Source: Synechococcus sp. (GTDB lineage Bacteria; Cyanobacteriota; Cyanobacteriia; PCC-6307; Cyanobiaceae). From it: a stretch of 43,643 nucleotides of DNA. Both the position numbers and the translations under genes were made by a program. The notes below the pieces were generated by a model. That model had not been told where the DNA came from, did not search any database, and saw only the letters and a program-made list of their open reading frames with translations. Shown piece by piece: positions 1 through 10,827 of this stretch; positions within the stretch are counted from its first letter, which is position 1; each line of letters opens with the position of its first letter. The stretch is taken from NCBI GenBank assembly GCA_035286165.1, contig JAYKHZ010000133.1, positions 1 through 43,643 of the forward strand. Reading direction: 5' to 3'.

Positions 1-2
1 AT

Positions 3-71
3 TCCCCAGCCCTGAGCCGCTATTTCTCCAAAGTGAGTTACACCATTCAGGCCCCGGACTGGACGCGCTAG
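3..71 (+). CDS. 3' end of an unidentified gene entering from the left (partial)
   Basis: Frame 3 is open from the edge (SPALSRYFSKVSYTIQAPDWTR) to TAG at 69-71, overlapping the pepN stop in the CTAG tetramer, a typical convergent arrangement. Confidence 0.4.
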   Translation, partial: SPALSRYFSKVSYTIQAPDWTR

Positions 72-2698
72 CCAGCATCAGCGCCGAGGCACTGGCGCAC
101 CACCTCCTGACTGTTGGCTGAGGGCAAGCGCGCCTCCAGCCACTCCAAACTGGCGCGCATCGCTGCCTGGCGCTGCGGGCTGTAGCGGGACCAACCCATG
201 AACAGCTTGAGCATGCGCGACGCGGTGATCGGATTGCTCTGATCCACCTGAAGCACTTGCTCAGCCAGCCAGCTGTAACCACTGCCATCAGGGTTATGGA
301 AGGAGCGGGCGCAACGGGCAAATCCACCCAATACAGCGCGCAAGCTATTGGGAGCCTGGGGATCAAAGCTGGGGTGCGCCAGCAGGCCCTGGGCCCGGGC
401 AATGGCATCACCAAATGGGGTGGACGCCTCCAGCGAAAACCAGCTGTCGAGAATCACAGGGCGCTGCTGCCAGCGTTGCGCAAATGCCGCCATGGCCTGC
501 TCCCGCTCCGGGCAATCCCAGGGATGCAACGCCTCCAGCCCGGCGCGGGCCAGGGTCATCGAAGGCCCAGACACAGCAGCAGCGGCTTCAGCGCGAACCT
601 GCTCCTCACCCGCAGCGGCCAGCCAGGCCCAGGCCATCCCCTGCAGGCGGCGCTGAGCCACCCCCTCCGGCCAGAGCTCTTGCAGCTGGGGCTGGCACCA
701 TTGCAGCAAGGCCAGCAGCTGCGGCCTGAGGGCCTGGCCCAACCAACGGCGCCGCTGCAGGAGCGACTGCTCCAGCTGCGGCGGATCGGGGCACTGCCCC
801 GCTGCCAGGCAAGCGGCCTCCAGCTCCTGCCGCGAAGGAGCAGCCAGCAGTTCCGCCAGCAACCCAGGGGAGACAGCTGCTGACGCACCGGCCACCAGCT
901 CTTCAAGCAACGCAGCACTGCAACGCTCGAGCTGCTGATTGAGCTCAGCCGACGGGGTGAGCAGACTTTGCTGCCAGAGCTGCTGTGCGGCATCCCAGCG
1001 ACTCACCGGATCACTGTCATGGCGTAGCAACAGCAGCAGATCCTTCTGGGGTCTCACCCCCTCCAGACGCACCGGCGCCGAGAAACCCCGCAGCAGCGAC
1101 AGCACAGGTGCTGTACCCCCGCGCGGCAATTGATCAAACGTCCAACGTTGTTCAGGCTCACTGAGCACCAGCAGATCGTTGCGCAGCTCCTGCCCCTCTG
1201 AATCCAGCAAACCGATCGCAACGGGAATGGGAACCGGCTGCTTGTGGGGCTGGCCAGGACTGGGGCGGTGCTCCTGGCGCAAGGTGAGCTGCAGGCTGCC
1301 GCGTTCCGCATCCCAGCTCTGCTGAACATGCAAGCGGGGAGTCCCAGCCTGCAGATACCAACGGCGGAACTGCTCCAGCGACTGACCGGATGCATCCTCA
1401 AGGGCCGTGACGAACTGCTCGCAGGTGGCGGCCTGGCCGTCATGGCGCTTGAGATACAACTGCACACCCTTGAGGAAGGTTTCGCGCCCCAGCAGCGTGC
1501 GCTGCATGCGAATCAGTTCAGCCCCTTTCTCATAAATGGTTGTGGTGTAGAAATTATCAATGGCGATGAACTGCTGAGGCTGCACAGGATGTGCCGTTGG
1601 GCCGTCATCCTCGGGAAACTGCGCGGCCCGCAGCATGGCCACATCATCAATGCGCTTGAGCGCCGGGTCATGGAGATCAGCCGTGAATTCCTGATCCCTG
1701 AAAACAGTTAGACCCTCCTTGAGCGAGAGCTGAAACCAATCGCGACAGGTGACCCGATTGCCAGTCCAATTGTGGAAATACTCATGACCAATCACACTTT
1801 CGATGCGCTCAAGCTCCGCATCTGTGGCTGTTTCAGCATCAGCCAGCACCAGCTTTGAATTGAAGATATTGAGGCTTTTGTTCTCCATGGCGCCCATATT
1901 GAAGTGGCGCACGGCGACAAGATTGAACTCATCGAGGTCATATTCCAGCCCAAAAGCCTGCTCATCCCAGGCCATGCTGCGCTTGAGGCTGGCCATGGCA
2001 TGACTGCAGAGCCCTTCATCACCGGGTTCCACATGAATGCGCAGGGCCACGGAACGCCCTGAAGCGGTCTCGAAGTGATCGCGAACCTCCACGAGCCGGC
2101 CCGCCACCAAGGCAAACAGATAACAAGGCTTCGGGAAGGGGTCGCACCATTCACTCCAATGGCGACCATCGGCAAGCTCACCACTGGCGGCGCAGTTGCC
2201 GTTGCTCAGCAAAACAGGACAGTTCTGCTGATCCGCTTCGATGCGCACGCTGTAACGGCTCAGCACATCCGGGCGATCGGGAAATGGCGTGATACGCCGA
2301 AAGCCCTCGGCTTCGCATTGCGTGGTGAACAGCCCACCGCTGACATAAAGCCCTTCCAAGCTGCTGTTCGCAGCAGGGTCAAGGCGCACCACGGTTTCCA
2401 TCGACCAGGGGCCGGCGCCCAAGAGCAGCTCAGGTGCCAGCTCCAAGCAATCCGCCTGGTGGCGCCAAAGCGCAGGATCGGCGGCCTTCCCCTCGATGCG
2501 CAGCTCCTGAAGCTGCATGGCCACCGCGGGCCAGTGCAATGGCTTGGATAAGGGCTGCTTCGCTCGCAACTCCAGGCGAGCCAGCACGAGCGCGTGATCG
2601 TCGAACAGCTGCACCGTGAGATGCACCTGGTCCACCAGCACCTCAGGCGGCTGGTAATCCTCCAGCCGCACTGGTTGCACTGCTTCCGGTTCCCGCAC
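68..2698 (-). CDS. pepN: Aminopeptidase N (M1 zinc metallopeptidase)
   Basis: GAMENK and HEYFHNWTGNRVTCRDWFQLSLKEG motifs, TQCEAEGFRRIT, 876 aa. Confidence 0.97.
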   Translation of the reverse strand: MREPEAVQPVRLEDYQPPEVLVDQVHLTVQLFDDHALVLARLELRAKQPLSKPLHWPAVAMQLQELRIEGKAADPALWRHQADCLELAPELLLGAGPWSMETVVRLDPAANSSLEGLYVSGGLFTTQCEAEGFRRITPFPDRPDVLSRYSVRIEADQQNCPVLLSNGNCAASGELADGRHWSEWCDPFPKPCYLFALVAGRLVEVRDHFETASGRSVALRIHVEPGDEGLCSHAMASLKRSMAWDEQAFGLEYDLDEFNLVAVRHFNMGAMENKSLNIFNSKLVLADAETATDAELERIESVIGHEYFHNWTGNRVTCRDWFQLSLKEGLTVFRDQEFTADLHDPALKRIDDVAMLRAAQFPEDDGPTAHPVQPQQFIAIDNFYTTTIYEKGAELIRMQRTLLGRETFLKGVQLYLKRHDGQAATCEQFVTALEDASGQSLEQFRRWYLQAGTPRLHVQQSWDAERGSLQLTLRQEHRPSPGQPHKQPVPIPVAIGLLDSEGQELRNDLLVLSEPEQRWTFDQLPRGGTAPVLSLLRGFSAPVRLEGVRPQKDLLLLLRHDSDPVSRWDAAQQLWQQSLLTPSAELNQQLERCSAALLEELVAGASAAVSPGLLAELLAAPSRQELEAACLAAGQCPDPPQLEQSLLQRRRWLGQALRPQLLALLQWCQPQLQELWPEGVAQRRLQGMAWAWLAAAGEEQVRAEAAAAVSGPSMTLARAGLEALHPWDCPEREQAMAAFAQRWQQRPVILDSWFSLEASTPFGDAIARAQGLLAHPSFDPQAPNSLRAVLGGFARCARSFHNPDGSGYSWLAEQVLQVDQSNPITASRMLKLFMGWSRYSPQRQAAMRASLEWLEARLPSANSQEVVRQCLGADAG

Positions 2699-2754
2699 GC
2701 CGCTTCAATTCAGCGGCTTCCACTCTGGCGGGCCGGAAGTGGCACTGCAAAGGC

Positions 2755-3195
2755 TCAGTTGCCCGCTGCCCCACCTGAGGCTTTCAGCGCTTCCTCGATC
2801 TTTTCGCGCACGTCATCGGGCATCTGATCAGGGCACACCTGAGCCACAGCAATCAGCACGGAATTAATGGAGCCCTTACGCAGATCCTCGATGGGCAGGG
2901 GTTCCGCACCCACCTGCTCGATCGCACCACCGTTCTGGCCCTGAATGGTCTGGGTCAGGGTTTCCCCAGCAATGCCAATGGCCTTCTTGAAATCAATGCC
3001 GTTGGACACAGCCAGGCACGCATTCAGCGAAGCAATACGGGAATAGAGGGTCATCTCCTCTTCCGTGGCCGGAGCGGCCTGGGCGATGGCAGGCCGCAGC
3101 ACCGGGCTCAGGGCCACTGCCAGAAGGGCAGCAGCGGACAAACACTGGCGCATGGTCGAAGCCAAAGGATTTCTAAACCTAGTTTCGCTCATCAA
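2755..3195 (-). CDS. Conserved picocyanobacterial secreted hypothetical protein
   Basis: Signal peptide-like stretch (AAALLAVALSPVLRPAIAQA), Cys pair (NAC...QVCPD), strong codon bias; true start may be the MRQCL ATG at 3153. Confidence 0.75.
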   Translation of the reverse strand: MMSETRFRNPLASTMRQCLSAAALLAVALSPVLRPAIAQAAPATEEEMTLYSRIASLNACLAVSNGIDFKKAIGIAGETLTQTIQGQNGGAIEQVGAEPLPIEDLRKGSINSVLIAVAQVCPDQMPDDVREKIEEALKASGGAAGN

Positions 3196-3197
3196 GC

Positions 3198-3392
3198 TCA
3201 GGCGGCCTGCTCCAGTTGGAGCCTGTCATTGATTGATGAGGCCAGCGAGAGGATCACAGGATCCTGTTCCAGCTCACGAGCCATTGCTTCGAGTTGCTCA
3301 GGCATGAACTGCTCGAGGAAGAGAAGCTCCTCTTCACTGATTTCATCAAGCCAAACACTGGGTTCTTGAGCAGCACCAAAGTCTGTGGGCAT
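3198..3392 (-). CDS. Small acidic hypothetical protein (64 aa)
   Basis: ATG at 3392 (MPTDFG...) fills the gap between co-oriented genes; the longer ORF-track version overlaps the upstream gene. Confidence 0.5.
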   Translation of the reverse strand: MPTDFGAAQEPSVWLDEISEEELLFLEQFMPEQLEAMARELEQDPVILSLASSINDRLQLEQAA

Positions 3393-3474
3393 GGCATCAA
3401 CCCCTGACAGTTGATTCTGTTTAGCGAGTTCACCAGCGGCTGACAAGCAGTGTGTTGGCAACCACCAACGAAAT

Positions 3475-4017
3475 TCAGGATTCCTCAACCCTCGATTCGT
3501 GGTGAACCTCAGCGAGCGCCAAGGCACCATTGCACCAGGAATAAATCGAACGCGAGCGGAAGCGATCCATGTCCACCAACCGGATGTGCTCAAGGATGTC
3601 CCACTCGAGGTAGTGGGATTCAAACACCAATTCGTGCTCATCCACCTGACGGATCTGGCTCTTGGTGGGGGAACCACAGAGGTAGGCGCGACTGCGACGC
3701 AACTGATGGCCGCAGAGGAAAGCCTCCATCATCCCTTCGCGCACATAACGGGGATTCTTATCAAAAAAATCATATTCTTTTTCAGGCCACCAGGTGTACC
3801 GATAAGCGGCTTCCCCTTCCACTGGTTCACTGAATGCTTCCACGCGCAGCATCATGTCAACGCGACACGCCTCATCATCCTCAAAAAAATAGATTCGCCG
3901 CGAGCGCCACAAGCCAACGTTGCGACTGAACCAACGGCGCAGCGAATTATCCAGCGTCAGGCGATCACGCTGAGGGGATTCATTGGCAGCGCGAAAGACT
4001 GAAACCGGCTCCACCAT
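3475..4017 (-). CDS. Divergent CpcS/CpeS-like (phycobiliprotein lyase-type beta-barrel) protein
   Basis: N-terminal WFSRNVGLWRSRR resembles the S-type lyase FFxxSxGxWxSxR motif; C-terminal EHIRLV...RSRS...HHESR resembles ErIwF...R.R...E.R. Confidence 0.55.
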   Translation of the reverse strand: MVEPVSVFRAANESPQRDRLTLDNSLRRWFSRNVGLWRSRRIYFFEDDEACRVDMMLRVEAFSEPVEGEAAYRYTWWPEKEYDFFDKNPRYVREGMMEAFLCGHQLRRSRAYLCGSPTKSQIRQVDEHELVFESHYLEWDILEHIRLVDMDRFRSRSIYSWCNGALALAEVHHESRVEES

Positions 4018-4104
4018 CACGACACCTCCCCAACAAAGCGCTGGGTTCCACTTCAACCGTGTTAGCCCGCGAAAAACAAAATTCCAGCAAGCAAAAGATG
4101 ATCT

Positions 4105-5667
4105 TCAGCTGTGGCGGCGCAGCACCACAACGCCATCCGCTTCAGCTTGAACGCTGTACCCATCGGCCTCCACCTGCTCAAGCAGCACCTGCAACCGTTG
4201 CTCCTGGCGCCGATCACTGGCAAAGGCTGCGGCGCGCAGGCGCGGCAGGGTGGTGTCGATGGCGAGCCAGTCCACCGCTTGCGTTTCACCATCACCGCGC
4301 TGCCACTGACGCCAGGCAGGAATTCGCAGCAACACCTGGCGTTCAGCCAGCAACGGCACCAGGGGTGTGTTGGCGGCCACGGAGGCATCAGCAGGGATCA
4401 CAGCCAACGCACGCCTGGCAGCGGACCCATGGCGCCACTGCTGCTCAAACGGAAGATGCACCCAGGGATCAATGCTGTCGGGAACAAGAAATGACAGGCT
4501 GCGGTTGGGGTTGCTCAGCACCGTGATGAGCACAGAAAGGATCACGCAGGCCTGCCAACAGCGCCTGAGCCGCCGTTGCGCGAAGAGGGCCGGTCGCTGG
4601 CGCCACCAGAACAAGGCACCAGCAAACAAACCAGGGGCCACCAACAGGGCGTAGCGAATGTTGATCGCCAGCGGGTCATTGCTCCCGCGGGCCAGCAGCA
4701 AGCCGGCCAGGGGCAACGCCACCAACAGCCAGGCATCCACACACAGCGCAGGCACAAACATCAAGGGCAACCACTGGGCCAGCAGGTAGCCCAGGGTTTT
4801 GCCTGGGGGGTGGATCAACTCCCACACCAGCCGCCATGGCTGCAGCAGCAGGCCCCGCACCACATCGAGGCTGCTGAGCTCATCAGCCCCTGGGGTGTAG
4901 TGACCAAAGTTTTCCACCATGAAACGCCGGCTGACGTCATCACTCACCGCCGGCATCAGCACTGAGGTGACCAGCACACACCAGAGCCCACCCCAAAGCC
5001 CGATGGCCAGGACCAGCGGCCAGGGCGCCTGGCGGCGCACCCCCATCCACAGGGCCACACCCACCAGCACCACGCCGGTGTCTTCCCGCACCAGGGGGAT
5101 CAACAGCGCGGCAATCAGCAGCAACCACCAACGCCGCTCCAGCAGGCCGATCAAGAGCAGAAACACCAGCAGCGGCAGCTGACAGAGGTCGTGGAAATTG
5201 CACCAGGTGGGACCGATCACGGCCTGGGCGCCATAGAAGCTGCAGGCAACGGCAGCGGCCAGCCCAGCCGGAAGCAGGCGCTTGGCCAATCTGTGCAGGG
5301 CCAAACCAGCCGCTGTGATCACCCCCACCTGAACCAGCGGCAGCGCTGCTGCCCCCAACAAGCGCACCAGTGGCGCCCAAAGCAGCAGCAGCGGGGTGTA
5401 GTGCTGACCGAGGCGCTGATAGGCCGGATCAGGTGCCGCACCGCCATGCAACACAGCACTGGAGAGCTGGGAGGAGAGGCTGCTGGCGAACCAGCGCCCG
5501 TGGCCGCTGTTCCAGAGCACCTGGGTGAAAATCCCCTGGTCATAGGAAGCGCTGAGGGACCACCAACGCCACAGCTGCACCAGCAGCCCCACCACGGCAA
5601 AAAGAACAGCTGCGCGCCACACCCAACGGCCTGGATCAACGCTTGAACGGGAGGGGGTGGCAGTCAC
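4105..5667 (-). CDS. DUF2079 family polytopic membrane protein (probable GT-C-fold glycosyltransferase)
   Basis: SYDQGIFTQVLWN, LGQHYTP, NFHDL and LVRED motifs with many TM segments. Confidence 0.8.
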   Translation of the reverse strand: MTATPSRSSVDPGRWVWRAAVLFAVVGLLVQLWRWWSLSASYDQGIFTQVLWNSGHGRWFASSLSSQLSSAVLHGGAAPDPAYQRLGQHYTPLLLLWAPLVRLLGAAALPLVQVGVITAAGLALHRLAKRLLPAGLAAAVACSFYGAQAVIGPTWCNFHDLCQLPLLVFLLLIGLLERRWWLLLIAALLIPLVREDTGVVLVGVALWMGVRRQAPWPLVLAIGLWGGLWCVLVTSVLMPAVSDDVSRRFMVENFGHYTPGADELSSLDVVRGLLLQPWRLVWELIHPPGKTLGYLLAQWLPLMFVPALCVDAWLLVALPLAGLLLARGSNDPLAINIRYALLVAPGLFAGALFWWRQRPALFAQRRLRRCWQACVILSVLITVLSNPNRSLSFLVPDSIDPWVHLPFEQQWRHGSAARRALAVIPADASVAANTPLVPLLAERQVLLRIPAWRQWQRGDGETQAVDWLAIDTTLPRLRAAAFASDRRQEQRLQVLLEQVEADGYSVQAEADGVVVLRRHS

Positions 5668-5775
5668 CGCAGCAGCTGATGGGATGGGTGCATCAACGCA
5701 TTACAGCGGATTGTCTAATTTCAATGAGAAACACAAAAACTTCAATATCCTGAGAAGGATTGACTGCAATCCTTC

Positions 5776-6885
5776 TTGCCCGCAGCCGGCGACAACGAAC
5801 AACGGCAGGCGTTGACCCTGCTCCTGGTTGCCGGACCCCAGCACCTCGCTGGGCCCGACGTGCGGGGATTGCTGCATTTTCTTGAGGAGCAGAAGAGCAG
5901 CTTCTCCATCACCTTTTCGATTGCCGATCCCCAGAAGCAACCTGAACTTCTGGAGCTGCACCGCCTGGTTGCCACGCCAGCGCTGATCAAGCTGGAACCG
6001 CAGCCCAAGCAGATTTTTGCTGGCAACGCGCTGCTTAAACAGCTGCAGAACTGGCTGCCCCGCTGGCAGCAGTTGGGCCGGGTCAGCGGCCTCAGCACCA
6101 GCATGGCCCCGGCAGAAAACACCGGGCCAAGTCAGCGGGAAATGCAACTGGAAGACCAGCTGCTGGTCTTGCGCCAGGAAAACGAAACCCTGGCCTCACG
6201 GCTTGGCGTGCAGGAGCGCCTGCTGCGCATGGTGGCCCACGAGCTGCGCACGCCCCTGACCGCCGCCAACCTGGCCTTGCAAAGCTTCCGCCGCGATCAG
6301 ATCGCCCGCGAGCGTTTTTTTGATGTGATCGATCGGCGGCTGGATGACATCGAGCAGCTCTCCCACGACCTACTCGAAGTGGGCAGCACCCGCTGGGAAG
6401 CACTGTTCAACCCCCAGCGCCTCGGCCTTGCCCCCATCGCCGCTGAAGCGATCCTGGAACTAGAGAAGTTGTGGGTGAATCGCCGCCTGGAGCTACTCAC
6501 GGATGTCCCATCCGACCTGCCCGATGTGTACGCCGATCAACGGCGGATGCGCCAGGTGATCCTCAACCTGCTGGAGAACGCACTCAAATTCACCCCCGAC
6601 GGCGGCCAGGTGAGCCTGAAGCTGCTGCATCGCACCAATCAATGGGTGCAAGTCAGCGTTAGCGACACCGGCCCTGGCATCCCCACAGAAGAACAGCAAC
6701 GCATCTTTCAAGACCGGGTGCGGCTGCCCCAGACCGCAGGTCAGGCGGCTGGATTCGGGGTTGGCCTCTCGGTGTGCCGCCGCATTGTGGAAGTCCATGG
6801 AGGACGGATCTGGGTGGTCTCCAACCCAGGTGAAGGCGCCGCATTCCACTTCACCGTGCCCGTTTGGAGAGGTCAGAGCGATTGA
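5776..6885 (+). CDS. sasA: Adaptive-response sensory histidine kinase SasA (KaiB-like N-terminal domain)
   Basis: KaiB-like [24 protein letters not shown]-box [11 protein letters not shown] box [11 protein letters not shown] boxes DTGPGI and GFGVGL. Confidence 0.93.
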   Translation: MPAAGDNEQRQALTLLLVAGPQHLAGPDVRGLLHFLEEQKSSFSITFSIADPQKQPELLELHRLVATPALIKLEPQPKQIFAGNALLKQLQNWLPRWQQLGRVSGLSTSMAPAENTGPSQREMQLEDQLLVLRQENETLASRLGVQERLLRMVAHELRTPLTAANLALQSFRRDQIARERFFDVIDRRLDDIEQLSHDLLEVGSTRWEALFNPQRLGLAPIAAEAILELEKLWVNRRLELLTDVPSDLPDVYADQRRMRQVILNLLENALKFTPDGGQVSLKLLHRTNQWVQVSVSDTGPGIPTEEQQRIFQDRVRLPQTAGQAAGFGVGLSVCRRIVEVHGGRIWVVSNPGEGAAFHFTVPVWRGQSD

Positions 6886-6887
6886 GC

Positions 6888-6917
6888 TTGACCAGTGGTC
6901 CGCCCGGTGGTTATCTT
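6888..6917 (+). promoter_or_regulatory. Putative sigma70 promoter of the first tRNA-Glu
   Basis: TTGACC (6888-6893), 18 nt spacer, TATCTT (6912-6917), just upstream of the tRNA leader. Confidence 0.5.
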
Positions 6918-6943
6918 TGCCTCTTGCCAACCGGCAAGGCCTC

Positions 6944-7016
6944 GCCCCCATCGTCTAGAGGCCTAGGACACCTCCCTTTCACGGAGGCGACAGGGGTTCG
7001 AATCCCCTTGGGGGTA
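6944..7016 (+). tRNA. trnE: tRNA-Glu(TTC), copy 1
   Basis: GCCCCCATCGTCTAGAGGCCTAGGACACCTCCCTTTCACGGAGGCGACAGGGGTTCGAATCCCCTTGGGGGTA forms a cloverleaf with TTC anticodon and GTTCGAATC T-loop; CCA not encoded. Confidence 0.97.
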
Positions 7017-7065
7017 TTGAGTAAGCAAGAGCCAATAGCTCTTTGTTGACGACGTCTTTAACGCC

Positions 7066-7108
7066 AATCCCTTATCAACCTCTCCTACAGGTTGGTAAGG
7101 GATTTTTT
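7066..7108 (+). terminator. Intrinsic terminator after tRNA copy 1
   Basis: 16-bp stem AATCCCTTATCAACCT / AGGTTGGTAAGGGATT (one G-U pair) followed by a T run. Confidence 0.75.
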
Positions 7109-7127
7109 CTAGCGGCGGGCGATTGAG

Positions 7128-7133
7128 TATGAT
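7128..7133 (+). promoter_or_regulatory. Putative -10 element of the second tRNA-Glu
   Basis: TATGAT lies the same distance from the tRNA start as the TATCTT of copy 1; no clear -35. Confidence 0.45.
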
Positions 7134-7159
7134 TTTGCTCTGCCAAACGGCAGGGCCTC

Positions 7160-7232
7160 GCCCCCATCGTCTAGAGGCCTAGGACACCTCCCTTTCACGG
7201 AGGCGACAGGGGTTCGAATCCCCTTGGGGGTA
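7160..7232 (+). tRNA. trnE: tRNA-Glu(TTC), copy 2 (identical to copy 1)
   Basis: Same 73-nt sequence repeated 216 bp downstream. Confidence 0.97.
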
Positions 7233-7260
7233 TGCACTTAGAGGTAGGAGAACAGACAAC

Positions 7261-7293
7261 AAAAAGGGCTGAGTGAATCACTCAGCCCTTTTT
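7261..7293. terminator. Bidirectional intrinsic terminator
   Basis: AAAAAGGGCTGAGTGA-A-TCACTCAGCCCTTTTT perfect inverted repeat with A/T tails between the convergent tRNA and SRPBCC gene. Confidence 0.88.
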
Positions 7294-7336
7294 CGTTTTG
7301 TTTTAAATCAATGAATCCTAGGAATTACTGCTGCCC

Positions 7337-9156
<1,820 letters not shown>

Positions 9157-9211
9157 GGCACTTCAGCCGCTGAAATCTGCAGAGAGACGGGCCATTCACC
9201 GTTCGTCGATC

Positions 9212-9237
9212 GGATCCACCCATCGTTGGGTGGATCC
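9212..9237. other. Perfect 11-bp stem-loop in the petH-zwf intergenic region
   Basis: GGATCCACCCA-TCGT-TGGGTGGATCC with no U-tract. Confidence 0.7.
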
Positions 9238-9255
9238 CTGCATGAGGCGGCTCCA

Positions 9256-10782
9256 ATGTCTGCCACGCTGACCAACCCACTGCGCGTCGGCCTGCGTCAG
9301 GAACGGGTCATTTCACCGCAATGCCTGGTCATTTTTGGCGCCAGCGGTGACCTCACCCATCGCAAGCTCATCCCCGCTCTTTTTGATCTCTTCTGCCAGC
9401 GGCGACTCCCCAGCGAATTTGCTGTGCTCGGTTGCGCCCGAAGGCCCTGGAGCGACGAAGAATTCCGCCAGAAAATGGAAGCGGCCCTGGCGGACAAAAT
9501 TGCCAACAACAAAGAAGCCTGGCGCACCTTTGCAGCTGGCCTCTTCTACGAACCGGTTGATCTGCAGAAGAACGACGACGTGGTGCGCCTGGGCAAGCGC
9601 CTCGAGCAGATCGATCGCCAACGCGCCACCCGCAGCAACCGCACCTTTTATCTCTCGGTTTCACCCGCCTACTACGGCAGTGGCTGCAGGGCCCTCGCCA
9701 GCGCTGGCCTGCTGGCGGATGCCAAACGCAGCAGGGTGGTCATCGAAAAACCCTTTGGCCGTGATTACGCCAGCGCCCAGGAACTCAACCGGGTGGTGAA
9801 GAGCTGCGGACAGGAGAACCAGATCTTCCGCATCGACCATTACCTAGGCAAGGAAACCGTCCAGAACATCCTGGTGATGCGGTTCGCCAACACGATCTTC
9901 GAGCCGATCTGGAACCGCAATTACATCGACAACGTGCAGATCACCGCGGCAGAGACCGTGGGCGTTGAAGAACGGGCCGGCTACTACGAAACCTCAGGGG
10001 CCCTGCGGGACATGGTGCAGAACCATCTCACCCAGATGCTGGCGCTCACGGCCATGGAAACCCCTGGCCGCTATGACCCTGAGGCGATCCGAAACGAGAA
10101 GGCCAAGGTGCTGCAGGCCGCGCGCCTGGCCGATGAAGCTGAACCCTGGAACTGCTGTGTCCGCGGCCAGTACGGCCCAGGTGGCACCAGCGCAGCACCA
10201 CTGACGGGGTATCGCCAGGAACCGGGGGTAGATCCCAACAGCACCACCGAGACCTATGTGGCGATGAAGCTGTTCATCGACAACTGGCGCTGGCAGGGGG
10301 TGCCCTTCTACGTGCGCACGGGCAAACGCATGCCCAAGCGACTCAGTGAGGTGGTACTCACCTTCAAGGAAGCGCCGGTCCACCTGTTTGATTCCTCCGG
10401 TGGCGGTGCCCCGGGAGCCAACCAGCTGATCCTGCGCATCCAGCCCAACGAAGGGGCTGATTTCCGTTTCGAGGTGAAAGCCCCGGGCTCCGGCATGCGC
10501 AGCCGACCGGTGGACATGGACTTCTCCTACGACGAATCCTTCGGTGAACCCTCCGATGAGGGCTACGTGCGGCTGCTGGCTGATGCCATGCTTTCAGACC
10601 CCACTCTCTTCACCCGCAGCGATGAAGTGGAGGCCGCCTGGCGGCTCTACACCCCGCTGGTGGAGTTGATCGAACAGCAGCCCTGGCAGCTGCCGGTTTA
10701 CCCCTACGAAGCCCGCACCTGGGGTCCCGCGGCAGCGGATGACCTCCTCGCCCGTGACGGTCTGCTCTGGCGTCGCCCCTGA
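9256..10782 (+). CDS. zwf: Glucose-6-phosphate 1-dehydrogenase
   Basis: GASGDL, EKPFG and RIDHYLGKE motifs; ATG at 9256 (MSATLTNPLRVGL) preceded by GAGG. Confidence 0.97.
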   Translation: MSATLTNPLRVGLRQERVISPQCLVIFGASGDLTHRKLIPALFDLFCQRRLPSEFAVLGCARRPWSDEEFRQKMEAALADKIANNKEAWRTFAAGLFYEPVDLQKNDDVVRLGKRLEQIDRQRATRSNRTFYLSVSPAYYGSGCRALASAGLLADAKRSRVVIEKPFGRDYASAQELNRVVKSCGQENQIFRIDHYLGKETVQNILVMRFANTIFEPIWNRNYIDNVQITAAETVGVEERAGYYETSGALRDMVQNHLTQMLALTAMETPGRYDPEAIRNEKAKVLQAARLADEAEPWNCCVRGQYGPGGTSAAPLTGYRQEPGVDPNSTTETYVAMKLFIDNWRWQGVPFYVRTGKRMPKRLSEVVLTFKEAPVHLFDSSGGGAPGANQLILRIQPNEGADFRFEVKAPGSGMRSRPVDMDFSYDESFGEPSDEGYVRLLADAMLSDPTLFTRSDEVEAAWRLYTPLVELIEQQPWQLPVYPYEARTWGPAAADDLLARDGLLWRRP

Positions 10783-10827
10783 CAACGCCCCTCCGCATTC
10801 GATTCACCACCTGCAACGCGCAACACC

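Noticed and set aside
6944-7232. Direct repeat read as a CRISPR array or as attL/attR of a prophage
   Set aside because: There are only two units, both full tRNAs; the 143-bp spacer holds a terminator and leader; no cas or integrase genes are nearby
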